The notes under the pieces are model-generated. The model was not told the origin of the DNA and searched no databases. It worked only from the letters and a program-made list of their open reading frames with translations. A stretch of DNA of 64,000 bases from an uncultured virus (IMG/VR IMGVR_UViG_3300047564_005847) (lineage: Duplodnaviria; Heunggongvirae; Uroviricota; Caudoviricetes): IMG/VR virus record IMGVR_UViG_3300047564_005847; one strand, 5' to 3'. The translations under genes were made by a program, and so were the position numbers. Numbering within the stretch: the stretch's first letter is position 1; the number at the start of each line of letters is the position of its first letter. Of this stretch, positions 48,567-57,463 are shown in pieces.

Positions 48567-50483
48567 ATGTCAAAGGCATTCTCCCTTAACCACCTCACCG
48601 AGGGCATTAAGGATCGCAATAACAGCCAGGAAGGTGCACGTCTCGTTGAGAAGTGGAGCCGCACCGGCCTCCTCCGTGGCCTCGAGAACACCAAGCGCGA
48701 CAACATGGCTCGCCTCCTCGAGAACCAGGCAGCTCAGGTCCTTCGCGAGGTCAACAGCCTCGGCGCAGGCGGTGGCAGCACATCCTCATCCGGCGACATC
48801 CGTGGCTTTGCCAACATCGCCTTCCCCATCGTCCGCCGTGTGTTCGGCGGTCTCGTGGCCAATGAGCTCGTCTCCATCCAACCCATGAGCCTTCCCTCCG
48901 GCCTCCTGTTCTACTTGGACTACACCTACGGTAACAACGTCGGTGGTGACGTCAACCTTGCAACAGGCGCACTCGGTGATGCATCAGCACGCACCTACAC
49001 ACAGGGCAAGTCCATCTACAACAACCCCACTGGTAAGGGCATCCGCTCCGGATCTCTCGCCACTGGTGGTCAGTACGACCTCGTCGGCACTTCTTACTCA
49101 CAGGTTCACTCAACTGTTAAGCTTTCATCTATCCTAGGCTCAGGTTCTTTCCACACAGGAAACACACTTACAGCACAGATTGCAGCATTCGCAACTGGTA
49201 CCGATGGTAAGCTCCTCCAGTTCGACCCACAGATCACCAACCTCATCGAGGCAAACAGCGGCGGTCCAGGTGAGACAGCTGGTAACGGCGTCTTCTCATT
49301 CGTTGTCGCTCCTCTCTCAGGTTTCACAAACTTTGACACCACACAGGTCAAGGATGTGTCTCTCTTCACAGTTGGCACAGTGAACGGTCTCAAGGCGATC
49401 CCAGAGACAATCCAGGGTGGCACAAACATCCTTAACGTTCGTCGTCTCAACCAGCTTGGTACATTCTCCGGCGGCGTCTTCACACCAAACCCACTCGTTG
49501 CAATCGGTGATACGAATGCCGCACTTCTGACTGTTGTTTCAGGCGTCTTTGTTGGACCCACATCTGTGTCCAACCTCACCGCTTCGTACGTCATCTCCGA
49601 CGCATTCAGCGCCGACCCCAATGACGCATCAGCTCTTACCGTTCCCGTGTTCGAGTCTGACTTTGGACCCAGTGGTCAGGGCTACACACCCTCACCTATC
49701 ATCCCTGAGATCGACATCAAGATCGAGTCCATCGCCGTCACAGCTACCACCCGTAAGCTGCGCGCTCGCTGGAGCCCAGAGCTCGCTCAGGACCTCAACG
49801 CCTACCACAGCATGGACGCCGAGGTTGAGCTCACTCAGATCCTCTCCGAGCAGATCGCTCTCGAGATCGACCGTGAGATCCTCAATGACCTGCTCACCCA
49901 GGCCAACGGCGCCAACTACTACTGGTCACGTGCACCAGGACGTTTCGTCAACAAGGTGACAGGTGCTGAGATCCTCCAGGGCACCAATGCTCCCGGTCCC
50001 CAGTTCACTGGTACCGTTCGCGAGTGGTACGAGACTCTCATCGAGACCATCATCGACGTCGCCAACGAGATCCACCGCAAGACCCTCCGTGGCTCGGCCA
50101 ACTTCATCGTGGTCTCACCCGATGTGGCGACCGTCCTCGAGGCTTCGGTCCTCTACAAGCCCAGCTACAGCCTCGACGGCCAGGGCCAGGTCGGCAGCGG
50201 CTTCTCGATCGGTGCAACACCCATCGGCAGCCTCAGCAACCGCTTCACAGTCTACAAGGACCCCTACTTCCCCCGTAACAAGATCCTCGTCGGTTACAAG
50301 GGCGGTAGCTACCTCGAGACCGGCTACGTCTACGCACCTTACGTCCCACTGATCGTCACTCCCACCATCTTCGCTCCAGAGGATTTCACCCCACGCAAGG
50401 GTGTGATGACTCGCTACGGCAAGAAGATGGTCCGCAGCGACTTCTACGGTACGGTCACGTGTTTAGACATGAACATCATCTGA
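48567..50483 (+). CDS. Major capsid protein (T4 gp23-like) with a large central insertion
   Basis: MARLLENQ, FPIVRRVF, VSIQPMSLPSGLLFYLD, TRKLRARWSPELAQDLNAYH, EIDREI, YAPYVPL and TRYG. Strongly biased codon usage. Confidence 0.97.
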   Translation: MSKAFSLNHLTEGIKDRNNSQEGARLVEKWSRTGLLRGLENTKRDNMARLLENQAAQVLREVNSLGAGGGSTSSSGDIRGFANIAFPIVRRVFGGLVANELVSIQPMSLPSGLLFYLDYTYGNNVGGDVNLATGALGDASARTYTQGKSIYNNPTGKGIRSGSLATGGQYDLVGTSYSQVHSTVKLSSILGSGSFHTGNTLTAQIAAFATGTDGKLLQFDPQITNLIEANSGGPGETAGNGVFSFVVAPLSGFTNFDTTQVKDVSLFTVGTVNGLKAIPETIQGGTNILNVRRLNQLGTFSGGVFTPNPLVAIGDTNAALLTVVSGVFVGPTSVSNLTASYVISDAFSADPNDASALTVPVFESDFGPSGQGYTPSPIIPEIDIKIESIAVTATTRKLRARWSPELAQDLNAYHSMDAEVELTQILSEQIALEIDREILNDLLTQANGANYYWSRAPGRFVNKVTGAEILQGTNAPGPQFTGTVREWYETLIETIIDVANEIHRKTLRGSANFIVVSPDVATVLEASVLYKPSYSLDGQGQVGSGFSIGATPIGSLSNRFTVYKDPYFPRNKILVGYKGGSYLETGYVYAPYVPLIVTPTIFAPEDFTPRKGVMTRYGKKMVRSDFYGTVTCLDMNII

Positions 50484-50505
50484 TGTTCTAGCCGTTAGGC
50501 AAACA

Positions 50506-50538
50506 GGCGGCCACCCTTCGGGGTGGCCGTTTTGTTTT
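50506..50538 (+). terminator. Rho-independent terminator after the major capsid gene
   Basis: GGCGGCCACCC-TTCG-GGGTGGCCGTT stem with a cUUCGg tetraloop, followed by TTTGTTTT. Confidence 0.9.
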
Positions 50539-50654
50539 GGATGCAGCATCAATAAATCATCAGAGCAGCATCAGATAATGCAGATTGCATGATCAATAAA
50601 AATACAATGATCAATACACTAAAATAGACAATTTAACAGAAACAGCAGAGAGTG

Positions 50655-50661
50655 ATATTTA
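50655..50661 (+). promoter_or_regulatory. Putative late promoter ATATTTA
   Basis: Recurrent motif that would restart transcription after the capsid terminator. Confidence 0.6.
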
Positions 50662-50680
50662 GAGCATAGGAGAAAGATTT

Positions 50681-50980
50681 ATGGGACGTCGTTGGTGGCA
50701 GAAAGAAGCCCGTCGGATGCAAAATGAGCAAGTAACAGCACCAGAAGCTGTGTCATCTGTCGAAGCTGTACCCGATATTACCGATATACACGTTGCTGCA
50801 GCCGCGGCAGCAGTTGAACTAACTGAGACAGTCGCAACAATCTCTGACGATGATGTTGATCAAGTCGTATTGACAGCAGAGCAGGAAGCTATAGAAGACG
50901 CAAAGGACGCAGAAGTTCCCGCTCCTGTCAAGGTCGTAACACAAAATAACTTTAGCAACAACAAGAAAAAGCGCAGATGA
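50681..50980 (+). CDS. Hypothetical protein (acidic Ala-rich centre, basic ends)
   Basis: AGGAG ribosome-binding site and an ATATTTA motif upstream. Confidence 0.65.
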   Translation: MGRRWWQKEARRMQNEQVTAPEAVSSVEAVPDITDIHVAAAAAAVELTETVATISDDDVDQVVLTAEQEAIEDAKDAEVPAPVKVVTQNNFSNNKKKRR

Positions 50981-51165
50981 CTGAGGACCTCATCAGGAAG
51001 ATTGTGAGAGCTATCCTGCATGAGAGGTTAGTTTCACTTCCTGGTGGAAAGTGGGCCGTGTATCCCAAGAAAGGTGGTAAAAGATTGGGAACTCACGATA
51101 CCAAGTCAGGTGCTCTGCGACAGCTTGCTGCTATTGAGATCTCAAAGAAGCGTCGAAAAGCTTGA
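50977..51165 (+). CDS. Small basic protein (possible head-internal/DNA-binding)
   Basis: ATGA overlap with the upstream gene; LIRKIVRAILHE followed by KWAVYPKKGGKRLGTHDTK. Confidence 0.7.
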   Translation: MTEDLIRKIVRAILHERLVSLPGGKWAVYPKKGGKRLGTHDTKSGALRQLAAIEISKKRRKA

Positions 51166-51189
51166 TGCAGGCACAACACCTCTTGCTCG

Positions 51190-51196
51190 ATACTTA
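51190..51196 (+). promoter_or_regulatory. Putative late promoter ATACTTA
   Basis: Recurrent motif before the neck gene. Confidence 0.6.
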
Positions 51197-51218
51197 GTAT
51201 AGAGCAAGGGCGTGTCTG

Positions 51219-52394
51219 ATGTCTACATTCGCAACAACCCTAAATCCGACACCTTTCGGAGTTTTTGATCTCGAATCTGACTTTATATCAGAAGCAGACA
51301 AGATGGTTGTGTTCGTCAAGCGTCGGCTTGGCGACGACATTTTATCTGTTGAGTTGACTAAGAAGCAGATCTGGGCTAACTTTGAGGAAGCTTGCTTTGA
51401 ATACGGCTCCATCCTCAATCAGTACCAGGCAAAAAGTCAACTTGTCAACTGGCTAGGATACGCAACAGGCACACTGTCTGGATCCGAGCAGCTGTATCCA
51501 CGTGAGAGCCTTGAGTTTCTAACACGATTTGCGGAACCCTACGCCTCAGAAGCAGACGTAGGCGGATCATATAACCAGATCTCAGGATCTATTCTCCTTG
51601 ATCCTGGCCGTCAAGATTATGACATCTACACAGAACTTTTAGACACCAACAACACACCTATTGTTAGCTCTTCATTAAACACGATGGGTGGAAAAATGCG
51701 GATTAGTGAAGTATTTCACTTTTCACCACAGGCAGCATATCGTTTTTTTGACACAACCTCAGCAATCAACTATTTGAACAACGCATTCTCGTTTGAGTCA
51801 TTCACACCAGAGACAATATTCTATGTCCTGCCTGTCTTTGAAGATATTCTTCGAGCAGGCCAGCTTGATCTGTCTAATAGAGTCAGAAGATCAAATTATT
51901 CATATAAAGTCATAGGAACTAAGATACGCATCTATCCGATGCCTACAAAGCTCACAGATCCCATGCCACGCTTGTTTATTCGTGTCAAGTTTATGCAAGA
52001 TCCATTAAATCCTGCGTTTAGAGATAGATCAATCTACGGCGTGTCAAACTTGTCGAACATACCGTTTGGTAATTTGCAGTTCAATCGCATCAACTCGATT
52101 GGTAGACAGTGGATCCGACAGTACGCGCTTGCTCTATCAATGGAGACATTGGGATACATCCGAAGCAAGATGGGCACACTTCCTGTTCCAGGCGGCAATG
52201 TCACCTTAAACGGAGCCGACCTTGTCTCAAAGGGGCGTGAGGACAGGAAAGAGTTCATCACCAAACTCAAAGAGATGCTCGATACAATGACGTATGACAA
52301 GCTTATAGAGCAGCAAGCAACACGTTCAGAGAACTTGAGCAAGCAGTTGAAGTTTATACCTCCGCCAAACGGCAAAGCAATCTTCACGGGGTGA
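51219..52394 (+). CDS. Neck/head-tail adaptor protein (gp13-like)
   Basis: KRRLG...VELT..Q, WIRQYALAL..ETLGYIRSK, PGGNVTLNG and a C-terminal PP...IFTG. Confidence 0.8.
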   Translation: MSTFATTLNPTPFGVFDLESDFISEADKMVVFVKRRLGDDILSVELTKKQIWANFEEACFEYGSILNQYQAKSQLVNWLGYATGTLSGSEQLYPRESLEFLTRFAEPYASEADVGGSYNQISGSILLDPGRQDYDIYTELLDTNNTPIVSSSLNTMGGKMRISEVFHFSPQAAYRFFDTTSAINYLNNAFSFESFTPETIFYVLPVFEDILRAGQLDLSNRVRRSNYSYKVIGTKIRIYPMPTKLTDPMPRLFIRVKFMQDPLNPAFRDRSIYGVSNLSNIPFGNLQFNRINSIGRQWIRQYALALSMETLGYIRSKMGTLPVPGGNVTLNGADLVSKGREDRKEFITKLKEMLDTMTYDKLIEQQATRSENLSKQLKFIPPPNGKAIFTG

Positions 52395-52397
52395 CGG

Positions 52398-53063
52398 ATG
52401 GCACGTCTTTTTATCACTGAAAGAGAGATGAACTTCATAAACGACATCATGAAAGAAGTCGTTAAGGATGTCATAGGCCAAAAGATCTATTATTTCTCTA
52501 TATCAGAGATAAAGTCACGCGTCCATGATGTGTATGAAGAAGCACCCAATAAGATTTTTGAGAATCCTATCGAGCTTGATGCACTTGTCAAATACTCAGG
52601 TCAAGAGGTAAAGACGAATCGATTCGGGTCAGAAGAATACTACAACATCGAATGCTACATACAGGAAAGAGACCTAATTGACAAGCAAATAGACGTCAGA
52701 GAGGGTGACTTTTTCTCATATGGCGATACATTCTTTGAAATAATCAAGGCACCAAAGTCGGACGTCATCTTTGGTCAGATCGAGCACAAAAGCTACGTCA
52801 CCGTGTCAGGAAAGCAGGCACGTAAAGGACAATTTATCACCAAAGTTTTTGGCCCAACATCAGAAGCATACTCAGATCCAGATGCCGTGCAGACAACCTT
52901 TGTTCAACAACGTGGATTTGAAGAGAACAGGCTTGGAAAGACAGGCGATGTTCGAGATCTACAGAGGACAGGTGTGTTGGACGCTCCGCTTACCGGACCT
53001 GCTGAGGTGTCACCATCCGGCGATCCAGAGAACGTAGGCTCAGCATTCTACGACGAGTCATAA
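52398..53063 (+). CDS. Neck/head completion protein (gp14-like)
   Basis: IGQKIYY...VYEEA...REGDFF...FFEI, and its position after the gp13-like gene. Confidence 0.65.
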   Translation: MARLFITEREMNFINDIMKEVVKDVIGQKIYYFSISEIKSRVHDVYEEAPNKIFENPIELDALVKYSGQEVKTNRFGSEEYYNIECYIQERDLIDKQIDVREGDFFSYGDTFFEIIKAPKSDVIFGQIEHKSYVTVSGKQARKGQFITKVFGPTSEAYSDPDAVQTTFVQQRGFEENRLGKTGDVRDLQRTGVLDAPLTGPAEVSPSGDPENVGSAFYDES

Positions 53064-53064
53064 G

Positions 53065-54261
53065 ATGGCAGATAAAATAAAGACAGGCTATGAAGGCACC
53101 AACGTCCCGGACGATTTTTCTATTCCTCCTGTTGGAATAGAGGATATCGATCGTGCAATTTTTACTCTATTTGACAAGAAGCTTGCATTCGAGACAAAAG
53201 TCAATAATCAGACAACACGTGTTCCTGTCATCTTTGCGTCAGGTGAACGTTTTGCTCTGACACGTCGTGACAATCCGCTGCGTGACAAGAACAACACATT
53301 GATCTTACCACTGATCTCAATAAAACGCGGTGCTATTGGTCACAAGACACAGGCTGACGTCTTTGGCACGGCAATTAGTATTAGACAGACAGGCGACTAC
53401 TACATAAAGAAGAAGCTGGATGTAGGCGATCGTGACTACCAGAAGCTGGTCAACAATCTCAATTTGATGAACCAGAAGGATGTTGCGACAAGGAGCCACA
53501 TCTCTGACACGTCAACAACACCAGGCACTCAAGCTGTTGAAGGCACAGTTGCGTCGCGTCGCCAAGGCCCACCTCTATCATTTAGAAGCACGTCAAAATA
53601 TACACCACTTTCTAATGATCTCACTAACAACATCTACGAGTTTATTACTGTACCTTATCCAAAGTTTGTAGGCATCACATACAACGTCATTTTTTGGACG
53701 CAGTACATGCAGCAGATGAACCAGCTGATCGAGACACTGATGATGAAGTTTAGTGGCCCATCACCCGAGTTTCTACTTGAGACCGACAAGGGCTACACGT
53801 TCACTGCATTTGTGCAGAACACCTTCTCCAACTCAGACAACTTGGAAGAGTTCACAAACGATGAGCGTATCATAAAAGTAGGGTTTGACATCAAGGTGCC
53901 AGGTTATATCATCGCTCCTGAGCACCCAGGTCTGCCCTCACCATTCAGAAGATTTATCAGTGCGCCTCAGATCAACTTTGAGATATGGGAGCAGAATGCA
54001 CAGCTTGTCAACGAAGTGCAAGGCAATAAGACAAAAGACAACATTGATAAGTTTACACTAACAGATGTAGAAGTTCTCAATAAGAATGGTCAGCAAGTTG
54101 AGAACAGAGGGGCAGAGCCGCTTCGTGTCATCGAGAACGTCACTAATCCCTTCTCAGGTCAGCAGCAGCCTAAATACCTAAAGGTGACGTCAAGAGTTGC
54201 AAAAGCAGGTGAAACAATACTTACGGCGCAGAAGATCCGTAAGATAGATACTCTCGACTGA
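53065..54261 (+). CDS. Tail terminator/sheath stabiliser (gp15-like)
   Basis: VPVIFASGER, LPLISIKR, P..V.ITY...WTQY..QMNQLIE, and its position before the sheath genes. Confidence 0.65.
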   Translation: MADKIKTGYEGTNVPDDFSIPPVGIEDIDRAIFTLFDKKLAFETKVNNQTTRVPVIFASGERFALTRRDNPLRDKNNTLILPLISIKRGAIGHKTQADVFGTAISIRQTGDYYIKKKLDVGDRDYQKLVNNLNLMNQKDVATRSHISDTSTTPGTQAVEGTVASRRQGPPLSFRSTSKYTPLSNDLTNNIYEFITVPYPKFVGITYNVIFWTQYMQQMNQLIETLMMKFSGPSPEFLLETDKGYTFTAFVQNTFSNSDNLEEFTNDERIIKVGFDIKVPGYIIAPEHPGLPSPFRRFISAPQINFEIWEQNAQLVNEVQGNKTKDNIDKFTLTDVEVLNKNGQQVENRGAEPLRVIENVTNPFSGQQQPKYLKVTSRVAKAGETILTAQKIRKIDTLD

Positions 54262-54281
54262 GCATTTAGAAGTTTGACAGG

Positions 54282-54288
54282 ATAGTTA
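54282..54288 (+). promoter_or_regulatory. Putative late promoter ATAGTTA
   Basis: GATAGTTA before sheath 1. Confidence 0.65.
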
Positions 54289-54311
54289 TATTCGGCTTTG
54301 AAGTCGGAGTA

Positions 54312-57300
54312 ATGATGGCAGAGACAACTTTTAGGTCGCCTGGGTTCTTTGAGCAAGAGATTGATTTATCATCTCCCGCAACACCAGGTGTATCGGGCGT
54401 TCCAGTCGGTGTGATTGGAACAGCAGAAATCGGCCCTGCGTTCGTCCCAGTGACGGTGGGCAATGCAGCACAGCTTCAGCAAGTTTTTGGCGCTCCCCGC
54501 GCATCTGACGTAGGCCTACAGGGGGCCAGTCAGTACCTACAGAACGGCACAGCGCTTACATTCGTCAGAGTGCTTGGATGCGGCGCGAACTCAACAACAT
54601 CGGATTTTTCAACAACTACAACACAGGGAACGGTTAAGAACGCGGGCTTCTTCATCAAGGGAACGACCCCCGCAGTTGGCACAGATGCACGCCACAAAGG
54701 TGCGGTTCAATACATCACGGCAAAACACTGGGTGTCAGCATCAGCAGATGTGGGTTACCCAATCTTTACAGATAACAACAGCTTCAGCGTCGCATCTGGC
54801 GACAGCTTTGTCAATTTAGTTCGCGGTATGGTGCTGCTTGCATCGGGCACGCGCCTGCAGGTTCTTGACTACAATCAAAACTATTCTGTTGCAAACACAG
54901 TTGATGATAACGCGACAATTGACGGCACACTAAGCAGCAATCTCTATAGAAAGTTCAAGCTTGTCATCTCTAGCTCCTCACCCTCATTCTCTACAGGTGA
55001 CGGTCAGACAGGCATCAGGATCTTGACAGCATCTCTCGATCCTGCTGATACAGCCTACATTGGCAACATACTCAACACTGATCCGGCGCGTTTTGAGGCA
55101 GAAGAGCATCTACTTTACGCCGATTTCCCCGTCGAGGCTGAGGTTGCAATCACATCGACTGACAGTGGTGCTGTTGCAGTCCTGTCGGGATCTGCAAACA
55201 CATCAGCTGCGTCAGGTGACACCTCACAAACCTTTAGAGACGCTTTTGGTCGATTTGATACCCGGTATTCATCAGCAAAGACGACATACTTCATCTCACA
55301 GCCTTATGGCTCAAGTGAATATGATCTCTTCTACTTTGAAACTCTGAATGATGGTGCAAACACATCACAGAAGTACAAGGTATCAATCAGCACACTCGCT
55401 AAGTCAAGTGATCCTGCAAATCCATACGGAACGTTTACAGTTCAGGTTCGTGATTTCTACGACACTGATAAAAATCCTGTCATCCTTGAGCAGTATCCTA
55501 ACTGCACACTCGATCCTAACGACGATGACTATGTTGCGAAGCGCATCGGTGATCAAAAGTCATTCTTTAGTTTTGATGCACTCTCAGCTGAAGAGCGCAA
55601 GTCTTACACATCGGGAACAAGAACAAATGTGTCAAGTCGTGTAAGAGTTGTCATGCACCCAGACGTCGAAGCAAAGCGTGTACCATCTGATGCACTGCCA
55701 TTCGGCTTTAGAGGCTTGCCAGTTGCCAAGACAACAGACACACTCACTGATGGAACGACTGGTTTAAGCGGCTTTGGTATAAACACAGCCCGCCGTCTTG
55801 CTGGCGTCTTCGGTACAGCAGGCCTTGAGGCACACACAGGATCAATTCTTCCACCCGTCCCTCTGCGTTTCAAGGTGACAACAAATGCAGTTGATGCTGC
55901 AGGTGGTTATGTTGGCAAACCTGGTGCGCTGGAGATCACAGATGCCTCGTACTACTGGGGCATCAAGTCAGAGGCACTTCCCCTGACATCTAGCGTCTCT
56001 AACGCAATCTTGCGTTCTAATGACAGCTCGCTGTTCAATCCTTTGCTCACTTCCTACAGTAAGCTGCTTGGAATTCAGAAGCTTGATGTCCTGGTCACGG
56101 GATCATCAGCGGACGCATTCTCGAATAACAAGTTTACATTGGCTCGAGTCGCACTCAATAATTCGCTTGGCGGCCGCACACTCGTAAATGCCCTTGCAGA
56201 TATCACAGGAACGGCAGAGCAGCACATGCTGGAGACAGCTTACATACGCAACGGTGTTGTTAATCCAACAAACTACACGGTTCAACCTGCAACTGAGGGT
56301 AACAGGTTGACATTTGCGTCGCTGTACGCAGTGACTTCATCCATCTACTTCAACAAGTTCACAAACTACGCAAAGTTCACCAACATCTTCACAGGTGGGT
56401 TTGACGGCCTCAATATCCTCGATCCCGACATGAGCAAGATGAACGACCGCTCAACGTCGTCAGAGACAGGTGGCAAGGCAGTTGCTGTGGTCGATATCGG
56501 CCTTAACACTGCGTACACACCCGGTGCAGGTGTCAACAACAGTATTGTGACAGCTTACAGAACGTCGGCAGAGATCCTCACCAACCGGTACGCGTCTAAT
56601 GTCAGCGTAATTGCTGCACCTGGCATACGTGATGCTGCAGTTACTAACTACGTCTCAACACTTGTGCAGAACTACGGATTTGCTCTCTACCTGATGGACA
56701 TCCCAGGTTATGATTACAATGGCGTTAGATTGTTTGACGGTGGATCTGAGCACCCCGATGTCCAGCAGACAGGAAACAAGTTTACATCACGCAAGCTGAA
56801 TAACAACTTCGTTGCGGTTTACTTCCCAGACATCACGATGCAAGATCAAGGTGGCACATCACGCAAAGTCAAGGTGCCTTCATCAGTTGCAGCTCTTGCT
56901 GCCATAGGTTACAACGATGCCGTGTCACATCCCTGGTACGCACCTGCAGGTTTCAATCGCGGCGCGCTCAACTTCGTCACATCGACAGCGGTGCGTCTCA
57001 ACTCTGCAGATCGTGACTTCCTGTACGACAACAGGATCAACCCAATCACATCATTCCCAGGAACGGGTTATGTCATCTTCGGACAGAAGACACTGCAAGT
57101 TGGAAAATCTGCGCTTGATCGCGTCAATGTGCGTCGCCTCGTGAATGAAGTGAAGCGCGTCGTCAGCAATATTGCTAGCACGTTCTTGTTTGAGCAGAAC
57201 AACGCAGCAACGCGGGCAGCTTTTGTGTCACAGGTTAATCCTGCACTGGCACTTGTCCAGGCACAGCAGGGCATCGAAGGCTTCCGTGTTATCGTTGATG

Positions 57301-57431
57301 ACACCAACAACACACAGACAGATGTGATCGCAAATCGTCTGAATGGACGGGTCATCATCATACCCACACGCGCCGTCGAGTTCATCTCGATCGACTTCAT
57401 TGTGACAGATAACGGCGCGAGCTTCGTGTAA
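54312..57431 (+). CDS. Tail sheath protein 1 (gp18-like)
   Basis: SPGFFEQEID, IGTAEIGPAFVP, FTGGFDG, PWYAPAGFNRG, RINPI, FGQKTL, LDRVNVRRL, FEQN and PTRAVEFI. Confidence 0.95.
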   Translation: MMAETTFRSPGFFEQEIDLSSPATPGVSGVPVGVIGTAEIGPAFVPVTVGNAAQLQQVFGAPRASDVGLQGASQYLQNGTALTFVRVLGCGANSTTSDFSTTTTQGTVKNAGFFIKGTTPAVGTDARHKGAVQYITAKHWVSASADVGYPIFTDNNSFSVASGDSFVNLVRGMVLLASGTRLQVLDYNQNYSVANTVDDNATIDGTLSSNLYRKFKLVISSSSPSFSTGDGQTGIRILTASLDPADTAYIGNILNTDPARFEAEEHLLYADFPVEAEVAITSTDSGAVAVLSGSANTSAASGDTSQTFRDAFGRFDTRYSSAKTTYFISQPYGSSEYDLFYFETLNDGANTSQKYKVSISTLAKSSDPANPYGTFTVQVRDFYDTDKNPVILEQYPNCTLDPNDDDYVAKRIGDQKSFFSFDALSAEERKSYTSGTRTNVSSRVRVVMHPDVEAKRVPSDALPFGFRGLPVAKTTDTLTDGTTGLSGFGINTARRLAGVFGTAGLEAHTGSILPPVPLRFKVTTNAVDAAGGYVGKPGALEITDASYYWGIKSEALPLTSSVSNAILRSNDSSLFNPLLTSYSKLLGIQKLDVLVTGSSADAFSNNKFTLARVALNNSLGGRTLVNALADITGTAEQHMLETAYIRNGVVNPTNYTVQPATEGNRLTFASLYAVTSSIYFNKFTNYAKFTNIFTGGFDGLNILDPDMSKMNDRSTSSETGGKAVAVVDIGLNTAYTPGAGVNNSIVTAYRTSAEILTNRYASNVSVIAAPGIRDAAVTNYVSTLVQNYGFALYLMDIPGYDYNGVRLFDGGSEHPDVQQTGNKFTSRKLNNNFVAVYFPDITMQDQGGTSRKVKVPSSVAALAAIGYNDAVSHPWYAPAGFNRGALNFVTSTAVRLNSADRDFLYDNRINPITSFPGTGYVIFGQKTLQVGKSALDRVNVRRLVNEVKRVVSNIASTFLFEQNNAATRAAFVSQVNPALALVQAQQGIEGFRVIVDDTNNTQTDVIANRLNGRVIIIPTRAVEFISIDFIVTDNGASFV

Positions 57432-57434
57432 TTG

Positions 57435-57441
57435 ATAGTTA
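57435..57441 (+). promoter_or_regulatory. Putative late promoter ATAGTTA
   Basis: GATAGTTA before sheath 2. Confidence 0.65.
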
Positions 57442-57463
57442 GGAATAAGAGAGGTTTAACGAA

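Noticed and set aside
39869..50483. Inteins, introns or homing endonucleases in the terminase, portal or capsid genes
   Set aside because: The ORFs are uninterrupted, with no intein splice-junction, LAGLIDADG or HNH motifs recognised. The capsid insertion does not look like an intein.
50484..50680. tRNA or small ORF in the post-capsid gap
   Set aside because: No cloverleaf or T-loop/CCA pattern is visible, and ATG-initiated frames on both strands stop within about 15 codons.
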